DNA of 64,000 bases from the human T2T-CHM13v2.0 reference genome, Homo sapiens. Shown here piece after piece: positions 58,388-64,000 of this stretch. The DNA is taken from assembly GCF_009914755.1 (NCBI RefSeq), contig NC_060930.1; one strand, given 5' to 3'. The notes beneath the pieces are model-generated. The model was not told the origin of the DNA. It made no database searches and saw only the letters and a program-made list of their open reading frames with translations. Position 1 is the first letter of the stretch; the number at the start of each line of letters is the position of its first letter. A program made the translations under genes and the position numbers.

Positions 58388-59329
58388 TTACACAACATTC
58401 TCCAACTCATACAACTTGGAAGTGTTGGAGTTGGGATTTGAAATCAGAAAGTTTGACTTCATATCTTGAGATTTCAATTACCATTCTATAGGTACTTTGT
58501 ATGCACAAGCAGTCAGTGTGCAAAGTTTTAAATAATGGTTTTGCTTTATTTTCTATATGATCAAAGAGGCTTTAAACGGGCAGAATTTAATTGTACAGTT
58601 CATTTCATATGTGGGCAGGGTCTAAGTCTGGGAATATGAATGGGACTGGAGATCTTTAAGAGTAAGCCTTGCGACATGTCAAGTTGCGGGTGGAGGATGC
58701 TCATTTATCAACAGCTTGCTATTTTTGTTCTGTTTTCAAGATGAAGAATTCTATAAAAATCACATGACATGTGATTCTTAAACCAATACAGAATTTTATC
58801 ACCAGCTCAAACAAAAGTCAGTTCAGATATGTTATTCCACTTGGTGTTCATCCATATTCAGTCATCTCAAGACTTTAAAATAAATAAAAGTCACAGGCTC
58901 TGCATGCTTCTTTCCAGAAAGTAGAATCTGTATTCTTTAGATGCTGGCTGAAAGGGCTAATTTCAATGAGTACCCCAAAAAAGAAAGCATTTTATTGCCT
59001 CATGAACATTATAATTACTTGTTTACACGAATATGTTTTATTCATTTAACCATCTCCCAACCATACTAGCAGAATAACTACTTTAAGAAAATACCTAGTA
59101 AAACTGTTGAAAAAAATGAGCCATCAATGGATTTGTCCTTAAGCGACTCTAGCCATCTCTGTGTTGAATTTTCACGGTTTGAAGCAGCAACTGCAGAAAA
59201 GAGGGCATCTGCCTCAGTCATTGATCAGCTGGCATGCTCTCCATGCAGGCAGAGGTTCACCATTACTTCTGTTGTGAAATGTCCCCAACAACACCGTAAA
59301 GCCAGTCACTTCTTCAATTTACTGAGTTA

Positions 59330-59447
59330 AGCTGATCATGGTGGTGAGTGCTTATAGTCCCAGCTAATCAAGGTGCTGAGGCAGTGGGACCACTTGAGCT
59401 CCAGAGTTCAAACCCAGGCTAAGCAAAACCCCTGTCTCTTAAAAAAA

Positions 59448-59499
<52 letters not shown>

Positions 59500-59565
59500 T
59501 TTAACTGTATATATATAGTTTTGTATACATATATAAAACTAAAAGAAAAAAGTAAAACAAGAAAA
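59330..59565 (+). mobile_element. Alu monomer (FLAM-like) whose tail became (TA)n
   Basis: Single Alu arm; perfect 14-bp TSD AATTTACTGAGTTA (59316-59329 / 59566-59579). Confidence 0.85.
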
Positions 59566-60921
59566 AATTTACTGAGTTACTACACAGTTAAGAACACATA
59601 AAAGGTGACCTCAAAATGTGGATATTCACATCTGTCATCCTACTTTTCATTGAATATTTAAGCAATAAAGTGTAATGATTTGAAATACATGCATTAAATT
59701 GAGAAGCATTGTTAATGTACCAGGGAAGGCAGGAGAATATTTTAATGAATTTGAAATGGCTAAAAGGAAGCTTTGGGTCCTCAAGGAAAGATGAATTTTA
59801 AGCAATTTCTCACAGTGTGAATCGTTTATAAGTGATGCATTTTGATGCAGAGGAAGTGAAGTTCCCAGAATAAAACCACAAATCTCCAAGAATACCCTTA
59901 GTCACCAACATATTGCTTCTTTCTCAAAAGGCAAAAATCTAGCACTTTGCTGTAGCCAGATCATGTACCACACATGAAAAATGCATGTATATGTTACACC
60001 TCATCTCCAAACTTACCTATGGTTATTTGTATCTTATACAAATTACAGTTTCCCTGACATATATCTAAAATATGGAAAACTCTTCAACTCCTTGGAAATA
60101 CATTTTTCTTATAATTAGACATTTCTTTTGTCCATTAATAGCAAGAGCGTCTTATCAAGGATCATGGAAGCAGAACTGATTCAAGATTAAAAAGATCCGT
60201 AAAAGTCACATGAGATGTAATTCTTAGAACCAGTATAGAGTTTTATCACCAGCTGCTAGGAAAAGTCAGTTCAAATATGGAATGGTTCAAATATGTTATT
60301 CTACTTGGTGTTCGTCCATACCCAGTAATCTCAGTATTTTAAAATAAATAAGTCATAGGATCTGCGTGCTTGTTTCCAGAAAGTAGGATTTGTATCCTTT
60401 AGATGTTGGCTGAAAGGACTAATTTCAATGAGTACCCAAAAAAAGAAAGCTTTTTATTGCCTCATGAGTATTATAATTACTTGTTTACATGGATATGTTT
60501 TATTCATTTAACCATCTCCCAAGCATATTCACGGAAGCAGAACTGATTCATTCAAAAGAAAAAGCCAATTTGGGATGGGGGTAGTGGGAGGAGATCTCTT
60601 CAGATCTCTCAGTTTTAAAGTCTCTGATGGTTGGATATTTGTAGTTTTTCACTGATTTTTCTCTCTGCATAAAGAGCTAATAGCTCATTGTCTATAAATA
60701 TTTTCCAACATTTTGTTTTCCAAAATGGACTCATTTCTACATAAAGACGTCATGGAAAGATGGTTTTTCTTCCTGAAGGGTTAGGTCAGCCCTGGGAAGA
60801 AGTATAGACCTTGGCTCCTGTTATTCCTCTTTAGATATCCCAGGGTTCCAACAGGAAGTTACAAGATACCTGCACTACCTGTAAAGTTTATTTAAAATGA
60901 TTGGAAGGCTCTCATAAGCAT

Positions 60922-61730
60922 TGGAGGGGAAGAAAAACTTTTTTTCTACCCTCTTAGGTGAAGTGCCTAGGAGCCTGTGAATTAAACTTACAGCAGACAG
61001 ACTAGCAGGAGAAAAAGCTTACAAAGTTATTTATTTTAAATTTTGCTTGCACAAGGGTGTCATAGAAAGAAATGAATACCCCAAGGAGTGATGAGATTTG
61101 ATTTTCTGTATCATTTTACTACAGGAAAGGGAGGTGGAGAAAAGGCAATATTGAGAGAGCAAATGACTTCTTTAAAAAAAAAAAAAAAAGATAAATGGGT
61201 CCTTAGGAGGATAGATGGGAGATATGACAGTTTGTGACAATGTCTAGAAGAGAAGAAAGAGTTGCTCCCAGTGGGAGGAATTTGTGACAGCTGAGTTCTT
61301 TTGGGAACCTCTGCTTTTAGTCAGATAAAGGATTTCGGGAACTCAAATGCCTTCAGCTCAAAATAACTCTTATGGGCTGGGTAGGGTGGCTCATGCCTGT
61401 AATTCCAGCACTTTTGGAGGCCGAGGCAGGAGGACTGCTTGAACCCAGGAGCTCAAGACCAGCCCAGGCAACATAGCAAGACCTCGTCTCTACTAAAAAT
61501 AATAATTTTTAAAAATTAGCCAGGCGTGGTAGTGCATGCCTGTAGTCCCACTACTCAAGAGGCTGAGGTGGGAGGGTGACTTGAGCTTAGGAGGTGTTTG
61601 TCCCACTGCACTCCAGCCTGGGTGACAGAGCAAGACCCTGTCTCAAAAAACACAAATAAAACAAAAAACAAAAAAACACCTCTTATGGCAAAGTGGCATA
61701 TTTTGGGGTGGAAAACGCTGATTCCTTTCA
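60922..61730 (-). mobile_element. MER34-family solo LTR containing a sense Alu (~61375-61678)
   Basis: Ends gccttcagctcaaaataa[Alu]...ggcaaagtggcatattttggggtgg...tttca; TSD GCAT / GCAC; Alu TSD includes CTCTTATGG. Confidence 0.8.
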
Positions 61731-62813
61731 GCACGCATCATTTGCTCATGTTTTACCCAATATATGAAGGGCATTACTGGAAAGGAAAATACCTGTTTAC
61801 TCTTGGCCTACTGTGTATCTGGTGTGGCTTCATTCATTTATAAGATGTTCCACCAGGCTCTTGTAGCCCATTCTCAACAACAGTAGCCTTCAAAGAAGGA
61901 AGTATATTCTGAGATTAGGACTTGTAATTTTCACGTGACAATTTAGAGAATATGTAGAAATAAGAATACACATTCAGAACGTGTTTGAAATATTGTTACA
62001 AATGTTTCTGAATTTTTACAATTTTCAAAGAAACCTGCATGTAGAAAATATGAGGGTGCTATTCATCAGTCAGAAGACATGTGATTACATCGTGCAGTGC
62101 TTAACACATGCACTTTACAGGTCCTCCTACCAGTAGGAGAAGACACCAAGACTCCAGGTCCTCCTTTACAGAAGTCATTGTGGCATCCACAGGGTAGGAA
62201 AGCCCCATACTCAGCAGTGAGCAATTTTATACATTTGCAAAGCAAATCTTGTACTAAAAAAAAAAACAAAAAAATGGGGTGGGTTGAGTAACAGTAAACT
62301 ATCATAAAATATACATCTGAAAAGAGATTCAGACATACTTTAGAAAAGAATTAAAGTCACAATATATTTGCCACCTCGAATTAAATTCATTTGATTATGG
62401 GGTTGGTGACTTCTTTCATTAAGTGATGGGGAAATAGATCAGTTCTATCAAGCACTGCCAGTTTATCACTTACTATCTCAAATCTTTCAGTTAGACACAA
62501 ATAGAACTTTGTATGACCTTTGCTAATGGAGAGCAACAGTAGAAAATTATTCATCCCACGTTTTGGGTACTTACTATTAAATATGCTTGTTTGCAATGAC
62601 CTAGGAATTCACAACATATGCAAGTACAAAACCTACCTTATTGTGACATCTGGCCTCAGGAAGAGAAAGAACTTGGTGCCAGTGTTCTTTGACTCTTGAC
62701 CCATCATAACGGGCTCAGTAACCTCTCCCCTCAGATGATTCCCTGAGACCCACCACAGGGATATCTTCTCTTCTTAGTACCCTCTTCTCTGAGTACCCTC
62801 ACCCCTCAAATGA

Positions 62814-63247
<434 letters not shown>

Positions 63248-63459
63248 TAAATGTTTTGGTTTATGTAGTAGGACCTGTTATGTATGTTTCAAACATAATG
63301 GCCCCATATAATAGCTTTGAATTTGGATTCCGTTAGAGTTGGAAAAAGAGAAAGTCAGCACTCACTTGCATGTGGGCGCTTTCTTGCTCCCTCTTTCTTT
63401 GTGCCCTCCCCTTCCTCTCTCTACCCCCGCTTTCCACCTCCCTTTCTCTCTCTCTCTCA

Positions 63460-64000
63460 AAGTACCAAGTCCAGTGCTGTATTCTCAGTGCTCATCTTCA
63501 CTGACCTATTAGCATATCTTGGCGGGGTTGCCCACTATCTGCTCCTTAAAGCACTTTGTTCACTTGGTTTTCAGGATACTGAACAGTTCTCCTCCTTCTT
63601 CTCAGTCTCCTTTGCTAGCTGCTGGCCTGCCCCAAGGATCCGTCCTTGGCCTGCTTCTTCTTTCTATCTACACTAGCACTGTTTGCCATCTCATGACTCA
63701 TGATTTTGAATTGGATCCATGTGCTAACAACTCCAAAATTTATTTTTCCTGCCTGGACCTCACTTCTCAACTTCAGACTGCCTACATGATACGTCTGCAT
63801 GGGTGTCTGATCAACATCTTGAACTCAACATGTCTAACACTGATCTCCTGAGCTCCCTCCTCCAAAATATCCCTAGTCCTCCTAAGTTCATCCTCATTTC
63901 AGTTAATGACAACTCCATTTCAAATGCAGAAGCCCAAAACCTATCATCCACGGTTTAGCTTTGTTTTCCCTCCATTATACCCCATTTCCAGTCTGTCATG
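63460..64000. mobile_element. L2 body fragment
   Basis: cttggttttcaggatac...ccccaaggatccgtccttggcc...ttctatctacac...gaactcaacatgtc, typical of L2. Confidence 0.78.

Overview
This is primate (human or close hominoid) genomic DNA, mostly made of decayed transposable elements. The only host gene I can support is the start of TPD52L1 (tumor protein D52-like 1, D53) on the + strand. It has a CpG-island promoter at about 48.0-49.4 kb and a first coding exon ATG GAG GCG CAG GCA CAA G (48325-48343, MEAQAQ[G]) followed by a GTGAGT donor; no exon 2 is recognisable before the window ends. Upstream lies a 10.3-kb deleted MER57-type ERV1 provirus (12928-23202) in the same sense as the gene, with a 4-bp TSD and a tRNA-Ser-type PBS. 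It hosts a MER50-type solo LTR, an L1PB-type LINE and, inside that L1's ORF1, an LTR12C solo LTR. Two full-length Tigger1 fossils in inverted orientation bracket the promoter and exon 1. There is a cluster of MER34/MER39-type solo LTRs, three of them interrupted by a MaLR/ERV-L LTR. There are also several local non-TE duplications; the clearest is a ~345-bp copy bounded by a 22-bp direct repeat with no poly(A). I find no support for a new protein-coding gene, RNA gene, CRISPR array or new biological system; nearly all listed ORFs are TE-derived or GC-rich artefacts. The most promising leads are regulatory (LTR-driven upstream promoters, CTCF sites) and mutational (templated local insertions). 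TE subfamily names come from recalled consensus sequences and need Dfam/RepeatMasker confirmation; boundaries without a TSD are approximate.
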